A program made the translations under genes and the position numbers. From a virus (Duplodnaviria; Caudoviricetes), in IMG/VR virus record IMGVR_UViG_3300017766_002899, positions 1 through 50,689 of that record: 50,689 nucleotides of DNA; one strand, given 5' to 3'. Below the pieces are notes generated by a model, which was not told the DNA's origin, did no database searches, and saw nothing but the letters and a program-made list of their open reading frames with translations. This document shows positions 9,368 through 18,782 of the stretch, piece by piece (the first letter of the stretch is position 1; each line of letters starts with the position of its first letter).

Positions 9368-10565
9368 TTATGAATACATCACGGCCAGCGGGGTTATTCT
9401 CCCGGACACCGCGGACATTCTCGCCCAGGTGGAGGCGGAGTTTCGCGAAGCCTTTGGCGCGGACCTCGTCACCACGCCGGACACCCCGCAAGGGCTCCTG
9501 ATTACGGCGGAGACGCTCGCCCGGGACGCGGTGGCGCGGAACAACGCCACCCTAGCGAACCAAATCAACCCGAACCTTGCCGGCGGCGTTTTCCTTGACG
9601 CGCTTTGGGCGCTCACCGGCGGCGCCCGCGTGGCCGCTACCTACTCACTCGCCCAAGGCGTGACCCTCACCGGATCGCCCGGCGCGATCATCCCCGCCGG
9701 CGCCCAGGCCCGGGTGGGAACGGACGGCCCGATTTTCCAGCTTACCGGGGCCGTGGTGCTGGACGGGACGGGCGCGGGTGTCGGGACGTTCCAAGCCCTG
9801 GAGACCGGGCCCCAGGCCGCCCCCGTGGCCGCCCTGGACCATATCGTTTCCGGTGTGCTGGGCTGGGAAACGGTCACCAACCCAACCGCCGCCAGCCCGG
9901 GCCGCGCCCAGGAGAGTGACGCCGCCGCGCGCCGCCGGCGCCGCGTTACGCTGGGGCTCCAGTCCGTCGGGCTCGCGGAAAGCATCGTGTCCGGGCTTTT
10001 CACCGTGGAGGGCGTCCGGTCCGTTCTTTTCCGGGAGAACGTGACAAACGCAATCCTCACAATCGACGGTTACGACCTGGACCCCCATTCCGTTCTGGCC
10101 GTCGTGTCGGGCGGGACGGACGCCGCCGTGGCCGCCGAACTCTTGGCGCGGAAAAGCTGCGGCGCGGCCTGGAACGGCGCGACGTCGGTTGACGTCCTGG
10201 AGCCGGCCAGCGGGCAAACTTACGAGGTTCTCTTTGAGCGCCCGGAGCTTGTCCCGATCTTTGTGGAGGTCACGGTGAAGCTTGGCCCGCAAGCCGCCAT
10301 TTCCGACCCGGCGGAAGCCGTGCGGGACGCGATCATGGCTTTCGCGGAAGGCGATATCCCGACCGAGACCGGGTGGACCATCGGCCAAGCGGTGTCCCCG
10401 TTTGAGCTTGCCGCCGCAATCAACCTCTATTCGCCCGGCCTATTCGTCCAGGTGGTGGAAATCGGTACGGCGCTGGGCGTCGTCTCGCCGGTCACGATCC
10501 CCATAACCATCGTCCAGCAAGCCCAGGCAATCCGAGGCAATATCGCGGTCACCGTGACCCCGTGA
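9360..10565 (+). CDS. Baseplate J-like wedge protein
   Basis: A.GVFLDAL, G..IPAG and G...ESDA..R.R motifs. Confidence 0.88.
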   Translation: MADYEYITASGVILPDTADILAQVEAEFREAFGADLVTTPDTPQGLLITAETLARDAVARNNATLANQINPNLAGGVFLDALWALTGGARVAATYSLAQGVTLTGSPGAIIPAGAQARVGTDGPIFQLTGAVVLDGTGAGVGTFQALETGPQAAPVAALDHIVSGVLGWETVTNPTAASPGRAQESDAAARRRRRVTLGLQSVGLAESIVSGLFTVEGVRSVLFRENVTNAILTIDGYDLDPHSVLAVVSGGTDAAVAAELLARKSCGAAWNGATSVDVLEPASGQTYEVLFERPELVPIFVEVTVKLGPQAAISDPAEAVRDAIMAFAEGDIPTETGWTIGQAVSPFELAAAINLYSPGLFVQVVEIGTALGVVSPVTIPITIVQQAQAIRGNIAVTVTP

Positions 10566-11218
10566 GTACGGTCCAGGGCTTCGACTTTTCGGTTGACCTA
10601 CTCCGGGCCGTCTTGTGGCAATACAACGATGCGGCCCGGCTGCGGACGATCCTTGAGCGCAAGGCGGCGTGGTACGCGACCAACCAAACGGCCTTTTGGT
10701 CCGCCTGGATCACCGACGTTTTCGACCTCCAGACGGCCAACGATTTCGGCCTGTCTGTCTGGGCGCAAATCCTTAACGTCCCGCTTGTCGCCAACACGCC
10801 GGCCACCGGTGGCCGCCCCGTGTTCGGGTTCGGGGACTTTAACCAAAATTTCGATAACGGCAATTTCGGCCAAGACACGGACGGAACCGTTACGCTCAAC
10901 ACCGAACAAAAGCGTTTGGTCCTCCGGTTGCGCTACTATCAGTTGACGTCAACCGGTGCGGTCCCGGAAATAAACCGGGTAATGGCGGAAGTCTTCGGGC
11001 ATCTTGGCCGCGTCCACGTCTTGGACGGCCACGATATGACTATGTTTTACGTCTTCGACTTCGCCCCTCCGTCGGACGTTTTGTTTGTGCTGGAGAATTA
11101 CGACATTCTCCCCCGACCCTCTGGGGTGCAACTGTCCGTCTTGGTCCAGCCGGGTGACAGCTTCGGATTTGCCCCCTATTATCTCAACTTCGACCAATCG
11201 AATTTTAGAGGCGCCTAG
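10562..11218 (+). CDS. Baseplate wedge protein (DUF2612-like)
   Basis: LWQY, FDLQTA..FGL..W and LPRPSGV motifs. Confidence 0.82.
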   Translation: MSTVQGFDFSVDLLRAVLWQYNDAARLRTILERKAAWYATNQTAFWSAWITDVFDLQTANDFGLSVWAQILNVPLVANTPATGGRPVFGFGDFNQNFDNGNFGQDTDGTVTLNTEQKRLVLRLRYYQLTSTGAVPEINRVMAEVFGHLGRVHVLDGHDMTMFYVFDFAPPSDVLFVLENYDILPRPSGVQLSVLVQPGDSFGFAPYYLNFDQSNFRGA

Positions 11219-11221
11219 GGC

Positions 11222-12814
11222 ATGGACCAAAAGTTTTTCGCGGTTCCGTTCGCCACCGCCGGAGACGTCGCGGCGATCCCGCAAGCCGCCCAGGTGGACG
11301 GGTCGGTTTCATACACCGAGGGTTTCGGCGCGGACTACTCGCGGGAGCCGGGCGTGGACCCGCTCGCCAAGCGCATCCCGCGGGACAAGACGAACGAGCT
11401 TTACAAGGCGATTACCGGCAACATCCGCCAGTATCAGCTTACGGGTTTCCCGGAGTGGGTGCGCCCGGTGGACAACGGCGGCGTGGCGGTCCTCTACGGC
11501 GTCAACGCCTATTGCCGGTGGAACGGCGGCGCCGGGACTGACTGGGTGGTCTATTGCTCGCTCATTGACAACAATGACGCGGAGCCCGGGACCGACCCGG
11601 CCAAGTGGAGCGTAAGCGCCCCCGTGAACCCTGCGGACCTCAAGGCGTCCCAGGCGGAGACGGACCAAGGGACCGGGGCCAAGTTGGTCGGCGCGCTGGA
11701 AAATGTCCGCTCCGCCCGTGAGGGCAAGTGGACGTTTCTGGGCGACCTCAACCAAGCCGCCGCGCCGGACTACACTGGAGCTTTCGCCGGGGCCGCCGTC
11801 TTCGCCCAAGGCGCGGGCGCAAAGGTGGTGTTCACGGTGGCCGCCCCGAACGCGTCGGGCGGGATCACCCTCAAGGTCGGCGCTAACGCCGCGCTCCCGC
11901 TGCGGAACTTCGACGGGACGGACCTCGCCGCGGGGGACCTCGCCGTCGGGACCGTTTACGAGGCGGCCAGCAACGGGACCCAATGGCGCCTGGAGACCAT
12001 CACCGCGTCCCGGCTCGCGCTCTACGCGTCCGCCGGGGACGGGGCCATCTTCGGGTATATCTTCACGAACACCCCCGGCGCCCCGAATACGCAAGTCACC
12101 ATGAGTTTCGGCAATTGCCGGGACAGCACGAACCAACGCAGCATCCCGCGCCCGGCTCCGCTCACCAAGCGGCTAGACCAACCGTGGGTGGCCGGCAACG
12201 GCAACGGTGGCCGGACGAGCGCCGTTGCGGTGGGGGCCAACCAAACGTGGCACATTCACGCCATTCTCAACGATGCGACCGGCGCCACCGACCTCATTAT
12301 TGACCCGTCCTTTACGGCGCCGACGCTCCCGGGCGGCTACGCCTATTTCCGCCCGGTCTATTCGATCCTGACCGACGGCGCCGGCCTCATCCGCCAAGTG
12401 ATCCACTACCCGGACGGCGATACGACCAAGTTCAAGGCGAACGCCCGGGGACAGGAGTGGGCCGCGACCGCGAACGGCGTGGCCGCCGGGACGCTGCGGG
12501 CCATCGGGGTCCCCACCGGGATCAAGGTCCGCCCGTATTTCTACTATCAGTCCCAGAATGTCGGCGGCTCCAATCCGCAACCGGCGCTTTCCGGGATTGC
12601 GGACCCGGACGTGGGCGTTCCGACGCTGGGCGTGGGTTCGCAATGGGCGCAAATCCGGGTGTCCTGGACGAACGCCGTGGACCGCTACCAAACCCGCATC
12701 GTGGACGATGCGTGGAGCAACACCGCGGGTCAGGTTTACACCTACTCGAACGACACCGGCGACACCATCGCGGGCGGTGTGCTGGGTTGGTACTACCCGC
12801 GCGGGCGCTTCTAA
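11222..12814 (+). CDS. Tail fibre protein
   Basis: N-terminal baseplate anchor (PFA..GD...IP...DGSVSY..GF..DY) and beta-rich C-terminus; follows the wedge genes. Confidence 0.8.
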   Translation: MDQKFFAVPFATAGDVAAIPQAAQVDGSVSYTEGFGADYSREPGVDPLAKRIPRDKTNELYKAITGNIRQYQLTGFPEWVRPVDNGGVAVLYGVNAYCRWNGGAGTDWVVYCSLIDNNDAEPGTDPAKWSVSAPVNPADLKASQAETDQGTGAKLVGALENVRSAREGKWTFLGDLNQAAAPDYTGAFAGAAVFAQGAGAKVVFTVAAPNASGGITLKVGANAALPLRNFDGTDLAAGDLAVGTVYEAASNGTQWRLETITASRLALYASAGDGAIFGYIFTNTPGAPNTQVTMSFGNCRDSTNQRSIPRPAPLTKRLDQPWVAGNGNGGRTSAVAVGANQTWHIHAILNDATGATDLIIDPSFTAPTLPGGYAYFRPVYSILTDGAGLIRQVIHYPDGDTTKFKANARGQEWAATANGVAAGTLRAIGVPTGIKVRPYFYYQSQNVGGSNPQPALSGIADPDVGVPTLGVGSQWAQIRVSWTNAVDRYQTRIVDDAWSNTAGQVYTYSNDTGDTIAGGVLGWYYPRGRF

Positions 12815-12815
12815 G

Positions 12816-14243
12816 ATGACTTGGGCGCTTCGCAAGCCTTTCGTGGTGGCGTTCTACGGGACGTCCCTCACGACCGGGCGTCTCTCCACGTTCTGGCCGG
12901 AGTATCTCCGGGAAATCCTCAAGGCCATGCCGGAGGCGGTCGGGAACGTCCTGGTCTACAATCTGGGCAAGGGCTCACAAACGTCGGACTGGGGCGCCGC
13001 CAACGCCTACACCGTGGCCGAAAAGGCCCCGGACCTCATCGTGTCGGAAGATTTCACGATTAACGATTGCGCGGACGGTGGCGGCGGGCCGGCGGTCTCC
13101 GAAGTGGACCAACTCGCGAATATGGAGGCCATGCACGACGAATGGACAGCGGCCAACCCCGCCGTCGTGATCGTGTGGCAGTCCATGAATTCGGTAAGCG
13201 TCGCCGGCGCCGCGATCCGCCCGACGCTGGCCGCCCGGTATGCCGCGGCCAAGGTCAAGGCGTTGGCGCTGGGCGACGACCACTTGGACAATTACGGCGG
13301 GGCGCCCACGCCGCCGGGTGTGGTCGGGGGATGGCCCAAGCCGCTCCCGGACTACCTCACCAACGAGGGCGACGGCCTCCACCCGATCCTTACGGGCGGG
13401 ACGGACACCTATCTAATTCCGAACGTGCTTTTCCGGGTCCGCGAGGCCATGGCCGATTTCTGGGGCCTTGATCCGCCAAACCCTCCTGACCCCCCGCCCC
13501 TCCCGGACGCCCAATATTTGGTGGTTCCGGGCGGGGCGGGGGGAGGCGGCTTTATCGGCGGCGGTGGCGGTGCGGGCAAACCCCGCCGCGGCGAAGCGAC
13601 CTTGTCCGCGCTCTTTGGTCCGGTCCTTGTGGGCTCCGCCGGCCTGGGCGGGGTCTCTGCGGTCGCGACGCAGGGCGGAGACGGTGAGCCGTCCCAGGTT
13701 GGCCCATTCTCCGCGCCCGGTGGCGGTGGCGGCGGCGGCTACACCCCGGGCGCCACCGCGACGGGCCGCGACGGCGGGAGCGGTGGCGGTGGCGGCGTCT
13801 ACGCAGAGGGCGGGCCCGGCGGCCTGGGCGACCCATACGACGGCGGGAACGGAGCCGGCTTCAATGGCGGTTGCGGTGGCGGTGGCGGCGCTGGCGGCGA
13901 CGGCCTGGACGTCGGCGGCCCCCCATACGACGGCGGGCAAGGCGGCCCCGGCGTGACCGTGGACGTTCCGGGGGTCTCTGCGGTGATCGCCGCGGGCGGC
14001 CCGGGCGGCTCCTATAGCGGAGCGCGTCCCGCATACCTCCCGGGCGCGGGGCCGGCTTCCATCGGCGGCGGTGGCCGCGGCGGGTGCAATGCCGGCGTCA
14101 CGGGTGCTGGAGACGCCGGTGGGAACGGGCGGGTCTGGGTGTGGTACTCCGGCGAGCCCCGGGCGACGGGCGGAACCGTGACCCAGGTTGACGGGTTCAC
14201 GATCCACGACTTTTCCGCCGACGGCGCCTTAGCCGCTATTTAG
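12816..14243 (+). CDS. SGNH-hydrolase plus glycine-rich domain tail-associated protein
   Basis: SGNH blocks FYGTSLT, NLGKGS, FTIND and DGLHP, then a Pro linker and a long poly-Gly domain; ATG at 12816. Confidence 0.75.
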   Translation: MTWALRKPFVVAFYGTSLTTGRLSTFWPEYLREILKAMPEAVGNVLVYNLGKGSQTSDWGAANAYTVAEKAPDLIVSEDFTINDCADGGGGPAVSEVDQLANMEAMHDEWTAANPAVVIVWQSMNSVSVAGAAIRPTLAARYAAAKVKALALGDDHLDNYGGAPTPPGVVGGWPKPLPDYLTNEGDGLHPILTGGTDTYLIPNVLFRVREAMADFWGLDPPNPPDPPPLPDAQYLVVPGGAGGGGFIGGGGGAGKPRRGEATLSALFGPVLVGSAGLGGVSAVATQGGDGEPSQVGPFSAPGGGGGGGYTPGATATGRDGGSGGGGGVYAEGGPGGLGDPYDGGNGAGFNGGCGGGGGAGGDGLDVGGPPYDGGQGGPGVTVDVPGVSAVIAAGGPGGSYSGARPAYLPGAGPASIGGGGRGGCNAGVTGAGDAGGNGRVWVWYSGEPRATGGTVTQVDGFTIHDFSADGALAAI

Positions 14244-15066
14244 GGGCCTTTTCGCGGAGGTTCTTAACGACGGTTTGCTTTTCGCCCTGGTATTCGGAGC
14301 GGTCCTTTACGGTCGCGGTCGCAAAAACGCGGTCCCCTTCGACGCGGCCCGAACCCGTGAACCACACCACAAGGGCGCCGTCGTCGGTGCGAATTTTGTT
14401 CAACCACCGGTCCGGGTCATAGCGGTCAACGCCGCGGTAAACGCAGCGGACGAGTTCCACGACGCCGACGACGGCCACGCGCTCACCGACCGCGCCCAGG
14501 TGGAACGAGGCGGCTTTGCGGGCGGGCTCGCCTTCGATCCGCTCCAGGACCCGAACGGCGGCGGCCTCTTGCTTTTCCGTAAGTTGGCCCCACTTTTCCA
14601 GGCTTTCCCGCATCTGGGCGAGAAACTCGTTTTCGGGCTGGGCGGAGAGACGGAGGTAAAGCGGGTCCGTCGCCAGCCGGGTCTTGTTGGCTTCGCGGTC
14701 CGCCGCCCACTTGGCTTGCCGGGCTTCCGCCTCCGCCTTGCGCTTGGCGGCGCGGCCCTCTCCGGCCTTGGCGCGCTTGTATTCCTTAAGGGCGCGCTTC
14801 GCCTGGACCACGATTTTTTCCGCCGGATCGTGACAATGCGCGATGCAATCACACCCGACCACGAAACGCTTACCGTCGGCGCTTTCGACCTTGAAGCAAT
14901 ACAGAATGCCTTGGCCGCAATAATTGCACGTCCCGCCCGGCTTGGAATGGCCGCCGCCCATATCATAGCGGTTTTCGTACATTCCCAGATAGCGGAAGGG
15001 CGCACGCCCCAGGCCGGAGAGTTCCCAGCGGTGGGCGCGGACGGTGGCGGGGGCGGCTTCGGTCAT
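14236..15066 (-). CDS. Hypothetical protein (Cys-rich Zn-finger-like N-terminus, coiled coil, OB-fold-like C-terminus)
   Basis: CNYC and GCDC motifs; ATG at 15066 with GGAGA RBS and its own promoter. Confidence 0.7.
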   Translation of the reverse strand: MTEAAPATVRAHRWELSGLGRAPFRYLGMYENRYDMGGGHSKPGGTCNYCGQGILYCFKVESADGKRFVVGCDCIAHCHDPAEKIVVQAKRALKEYKRAKAGEGRAAKRKAEAEARQAKWAADREANKTRLATDPLYLRLSAQPENEFLAQMRESLEKWGQLTEKQEAAAVRVLERIEGEPARKAASFHLGAVGERVAVVGVVELVRCVYRGVDRYDPDRWLNKIRTDDGALVVWFTGSGRVEGDRVFATATVKDRSEYQGEKQTVVKNLREKAPK

Positions 15067-15091
15067 GGTCTGGTCTCCAGGTCTGGAAACC

Positions 15092-15120
15092 TTATTACGG
15101 ACGTTTGACGGGGCCGTCAA
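15092..15120 (-). promoter_or_regulatory. Promoter with palindromic operator
   Basis: TTGACG-17 nt-TAATAA on the minus strand; TTGACG-GGGC-CGTCAA at 15105-15120. Confidence 0.7.
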
Positions 15121-17667
15121 CTAGTCTTTTCGGTAGCGCCGGCCACGCCAGCCGCCCGACGCACGGACCGGCCAGCCCTCCGCCCACGGGGGCATGATCC
15201 CCATAATGCGCTCCACTTCCTCCACCGATCCCAGGCCGTGCGGACCCTCCAAAACGATTTCATCGTAAACGTGGAGGACGGTGGGATAGCCGGCGGCGCG
15301 CAAGTTGAGGATCGCGAAGCGGAGCAAATCGTGGGCGACCGCCTGGACGATATTTTCTGTCAGTTTGCCGCCGTAGGTGTTGGATGGAACCCAGCCCATC
15401 GGGCCGTATTTGGGGTTCGTGTTCCAGGTCCAGAAGCTTATGGATTTTTCCCACGGGGCGGCCCACGGCTGGGTGGGCTCGACAAGCTGGGCGTCGTGGT
15501 AGGTGAGCGGGCGACCGGACAGAAGCGTGACGATAAGCGCCCCGTCCTCGCGCTTGCGGAACTTGATCCCGGCGCACTCAAAGACCACGCCCGGATACAT
15601 GAGGGCTTGGACCGCGGCGCCTTCGAACCCGAAAAACTCTTGGCGGTCGGGCTCGCGGTAACTTCCCCGGCGGCGCTGGCCGCCCCATAGCTCCGGGATT
15701 TCCGGGCTCGCCGCGCGCCAAGCTAGAATTTGTTGCTTGGCTTCCTCGTCCGTCCCATCAAACCCGAAGTTCCGCCAAGCCCCGATCCACCCACCGAACC
15801 CGCCGGCCAGTTCGGCAATCTTGCCTTTCTTGCCGCGGTCGGGGTGGTGCTGGCCGGTCTCCGCGGCGTATTTCAAATACGTTTCCACGGGTGTCCCCGT
15901 GATCTTCGAAGCGGACAGAAGGTAAATCGGTTCCTTGTTCCGGAACGCTTCTATCCGCCACTCGCACTTGGCAAGCATGGCGATCACCACGGCCTCAATT
16001 GCGGTGTAATCCGACGCAATGAGGTCATGCCCAGGCGCCGCGATAAAGAGGCCGCGGAGACACCCGGAGATACACAAGAGCGCGGAGCCAAAGAACCACT
16101 CGACAAGCGCGAGCGACCGAGAGGCCATGATTTCCAAGACCGGGTCGCACGCCGCGGCGGTCCACTCCCGGGGCGTGAGCCCGGCGGACGAGGCGTTGCA
16201 CCAAGGGCAAGCGTCCAGGCCGGGCCGGAAGGGCTTGCGGCAACCCGTCTCCGCCCAGGACTTGCCGTCGGCGGACTGGCCGCACCACACCAATTCCGGG
16301 CCCGCTTTGGGGAGGTTGAGGGGCTGCGGCCCTTCGCCCGTCGGGCGGCCAGTCCGCGCGCCGTGGTGGACTATCAGGTTCCGCAACCTATCGTCCGCGC
16401 TCGCCTGGAGGTCCATGGCGTGTAGTTTCTTGACCGACGCGGACCCGATAAGTTGTCGGATTTCCAGGACGCGGCGGCGCGGGTCCATCCGGCCCGGGGG
16501 AGGCGGCGGGAGGCGCTCCAGCGCGTCCGTTATGGCTTCCTCGTCCATGGAATACATGTGGAGCCCGCGGGCCGCCAACCACCCCCGCGTGGCCTCTAGC
16601 TGCGTCGGGTTGAGGCCGCCGGTTATCTCCCGGAATTCGTCGCCGTATTGCTCCAGGGCTTGACCCAGGATCGCGAGACAATCCTTGATCCCGGGCCGGT
16701 CTACGCCGATCCCCCGCCAGTTAATCTCTTGATCCACCCACCAAAAAAGCAACTCGTCCGGGCTCATATCCGGCATTGCGGCGCTTGCGGCTTCCTCCGC
16801 CAACACGTCCTGGTCACAATACCCATAAAGCCGTTCGGCCTCGTCCGGTTCGTCTTCCGGTAAAATCCAGGTCCGAGGGTCTTTTTGCGTCGGGTTGCGG
16901 GGGACGCTGAATTTGTCCAGAAGCCGCTTACCGTCCTTGTCCTTGACGAGCGACAGGCCCAACACGCGGCCCAACTCCCCCAGGCCGCCGGGGTAGGCGT
17001 TCACGCGGGCCTTAGCCATGCTGCAACGCAATTGGTAGAACCACGGCATGAGCGACGGGAAGCCGTATTTAGGAACACAAACGAGTTCCCAAATCATCCG
17101 TTCGAACATGGCGTTATGCGCCTCCATGACCCCGCCCGCGGCGAGGTAGTCAAAGAGGTCTTGCGGTAACGGGTTACCGGGTCGCCAGCGTTTCACCACG
17201 CCGCGAAACTTAATTCCGCCAAGGCCGTCCGGTATGGGCTCCGCCTCGCCGCGGCAAACCCCGTGGACGTCGCGCCAATCCGCCGGAAGACGATAGGAGA
17301 GGGTCAGAACCCGCGTGGAGGGGTGGCCGGCGTAGGCGGCGGCGTTGACCGCGTTAATCCCTTTCCGCCGGGCGCCGACGGGCGCATCCCACTTACCGAG
17401 TTGCTCTTTCCAGGCCGATTTGCGCGGGTCCCAGACTTGCGTGGGCTCCACCCACACGTGGCCGGCTTCGCTCGCCGTCTCAAAGTCAAAGGTCCCGTGT
17501 GGGGTGGCCGGCGGGCGGGGGGCTATGATCGCCGCGGGAGGGCTGGAATAGGCCGCGGGGGCGGGCGGGGGCGCTGGGTATTGGGCGGCGTCTTCCAACA
17601 AGCGGAGCCTCTCCGCTGGGGAGGTCCCCTCCCCTTGGTAGCCGTAGCCGTCAAACCAATTGCCCAA
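15121..17667 (-). CDS. DNA polymerase family A with 3'-5' exonuclease
   Basis: Exo motifs DFET, HNAMFE and YCDQD; pol motifs RTGR, SDYTAIE, KIAELAGGFG, ENIVQ and HVYDEI. TTG start at 17667 chosen for its AGGGAG RBS. Confidence 0.92.
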   Translation of the reverse strand: MGNWFDGYGYQGEGTSPAERLRLLEDAAQYPAPPPAPAAYSSPPAAIIAPRPPATPHGTFDFETASEAGHVWVEPTQVWDPRKSAWKEQLGKWDAPVGARRKGINAVNAAAYAGHPSTRVLTLSYRLPADWRDVHGVCRGEAEPIPDGLGGIKFRGVVKRWRPGNPLPQDLFDYLAAGGVMEAHNAMFERMIWELVCVPKYGFPSLMPWFYQLRCSMAKARVNAYPGGLGELGRVLGLSLVKDKDGKRLLDKFSVPRNPTQKDPRTWILPEDEPDEAERLYGYCDQDVLAEEAASAAMPDMSPDELLFWWVDQEINWRGIGVDRPGIKDCLAILGQALEQYGDEFREITGGLNPTQLEATRGWLAARGLHMYSMDEEAITDALERLPPPPPGRMDPRRRVLEIRQLIGSASVKKLHAMDLQASADDRLRNLIVHHGARTGRPTGEGPQPLNLPKAGPELVWCGQSADGKSWAETGCRKPFRPGLDACPWCNASSAGLTPREWTAAACDPVLEIMASRSLALVEWFFGSALLCISGCLRGLFIAAPGHDLIASDYTAIEAVVIAMLAKCEWRIEAFRNKEPIYLLSASKITGTPVETYLKYAAETGQHHPDRGKKGKIAELAGGFGGWIGAWRNFGFDGTDEEAKQQILAWRAASPEIPELWGGQRRRGSYREPDRQEFFGFEGAAVQALMYPGVVFECAGIKFRKREDGALIVTLLSGRPLTYHDAQLVEPTQPWAAPWEKSISFWTWNTNPKYGPMGWVPSNTYGGKLTENIVQAVAHDLLRFAILNLRAAGYPTVLHVYDEIVLEGPHGLGSVEEVERIMGIMPPWAEGWPVRASGGWRGRRYRKD

Positions 17668-17680
17668 AGTCTGCTCCCTT

Positions 17681-17716
17681 AAAAAAGAGGGGCCGCCCCC
17701 AACCGGAGACGGCCCC
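17681..17716 (-). terminator. Intrinsic terminator between SSB and polymerase
   Basis: GGGGCCGTCTCC-GGTT-GGGGGCGGCCCC followed by TCTTTTTT on the minus strand. Confidence 0.8.
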
Positions 17717-17738
17717 AGACGGTCCACCTAGGTTCGGG

Positions 17739-18767
17739 CTAGGGGGCCATCATACCTTGCGAGACCAAGTCCGCGTCCGTCCAGCCGGCGGCCAAGAACG
17801 CCTCATAAGTCTGGCCGTTGGCCGCCGGGAGCATGATGCGCGCCGGGGGCGGCGGAGGGGCGGCGGGAGCCGGAGGCGGGGGCGGTGCGGCGGGAGCCGG
17901 AGGCGGGGCCGCAGGGGCGGGCGGGGGTGCGCTGGGCGCCGGCGGCGGCGGGGCCGCGGGAGCCGGGGCGGCCATCTTGCCGTGGGCCACCAAAAGTTCG
18001 TCCGTCCAGCCGGCGGCCTTGAGTTCCAGGTAGGTCCCGCCAGCGCCCGGGAGCATCACCGGACCGACCGCCGCGGGGCCCGCGCCTGGAGGCGGCGGGG
18101 CGTTGGAGCCCAGCGGCGTTGCGGACATTCCCACGGGGGCGCTGGAGGCCGCCCCACCGAACGCGGCGTTAGGATCGGCGCCGCCCATGATCTCCGGGCC
18201 GTAGCCGGCGATTTCGACCATGGACGCGTTCATATAGAGGCCGGGGTTTTGGACGTTGTCATTCCCCACCATCGTCCCGGCGATCCGGACATAGTAGCCC
18301 CGGCGGAGCGCGGCTTTGTCGTGGACTTGATCCGCCGGACTGTAGCGGTTGGCGTGGAACACCTTGGGCGCGAAGCTGGAGGAAAACCGGACGATCCAGT
18401 GGCCGGCGAAGCCCTCACGCTCCGAATACGGGCGGTTCTTGTCGTCGCGCCCGTCACCGTCCACCACTTTCCACGCGAATTGCCGGGCGAGGCAAGCGCC
18501 GTTGACGTCGAAAAGGTGGGCGAAGTCGCGCCGACCTATACGGTTCATTTGCGCCCAGAAGCCCTCCCACTCCTGGTTGGGCCGCCCGTCCGGCGTGAAC
18601 TTCGGGAACGCCACGCCCAGGAAAATGACCGGGGCCGGCTGGCCGGCGTTGGGGCCGGTCTTGACCACGCGGGCGTTACCCTGCTGGTCCTTGGTTTGCA
18701 TTTCGAAGGCGTCGCCCTGGACCAATCGCCCGATGGGTGACGTAAACGGCTCCGGTTGTCCGGCCAT
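17739..18767 (-). CDS. ssDNA-binding protein (DUF2815/gp2.5-like) with Pro-rich tail
   Basis: P.GRLV.G, DGDG, G.W...FSS, GYYVR and PGLYMN motifs; lies between the Cas4-like and pol genes. Confidence 0.7.
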   Translation of the reverse strand: MAGQPEPFTSPIGRLVQGDAFEMQTKDQQGNARVVKTGPNAGQPAPVIFLGVAFPKFTPDGRPNQEWEGFWAQMNRIGRRDFAHLFDVNGACLARQFAWKVVDGDGRDDKNRPYSEREGFAGHWIVRFSSSFAPKVFHANRYSPADQVHDKAALRRGYYVRIAGTMVGNDNVQNPGLYMNASMVEIAGYGPEIMGGADPNAAFGGAASSAPVGMSATPLGSNAPPPPGAGPAAVGPVMLPGAGGTYLELKAAGWTDELLVAHGKMAAPAPAAPPPPAPSAPPPAPAAPPPAPAAPPPPPAPAAPPPPPARIMLPAANGQTYEAFLAAGWTDADLVSQGMMAP

Positions 18768-18782
18768 GATAGTCCCTTTTTG

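Noticed and set aside
13500-14130. GGC-rich tract as a DNA-level repeat element
   Set aside because: It is explained by the glycine-rich coding sequence.
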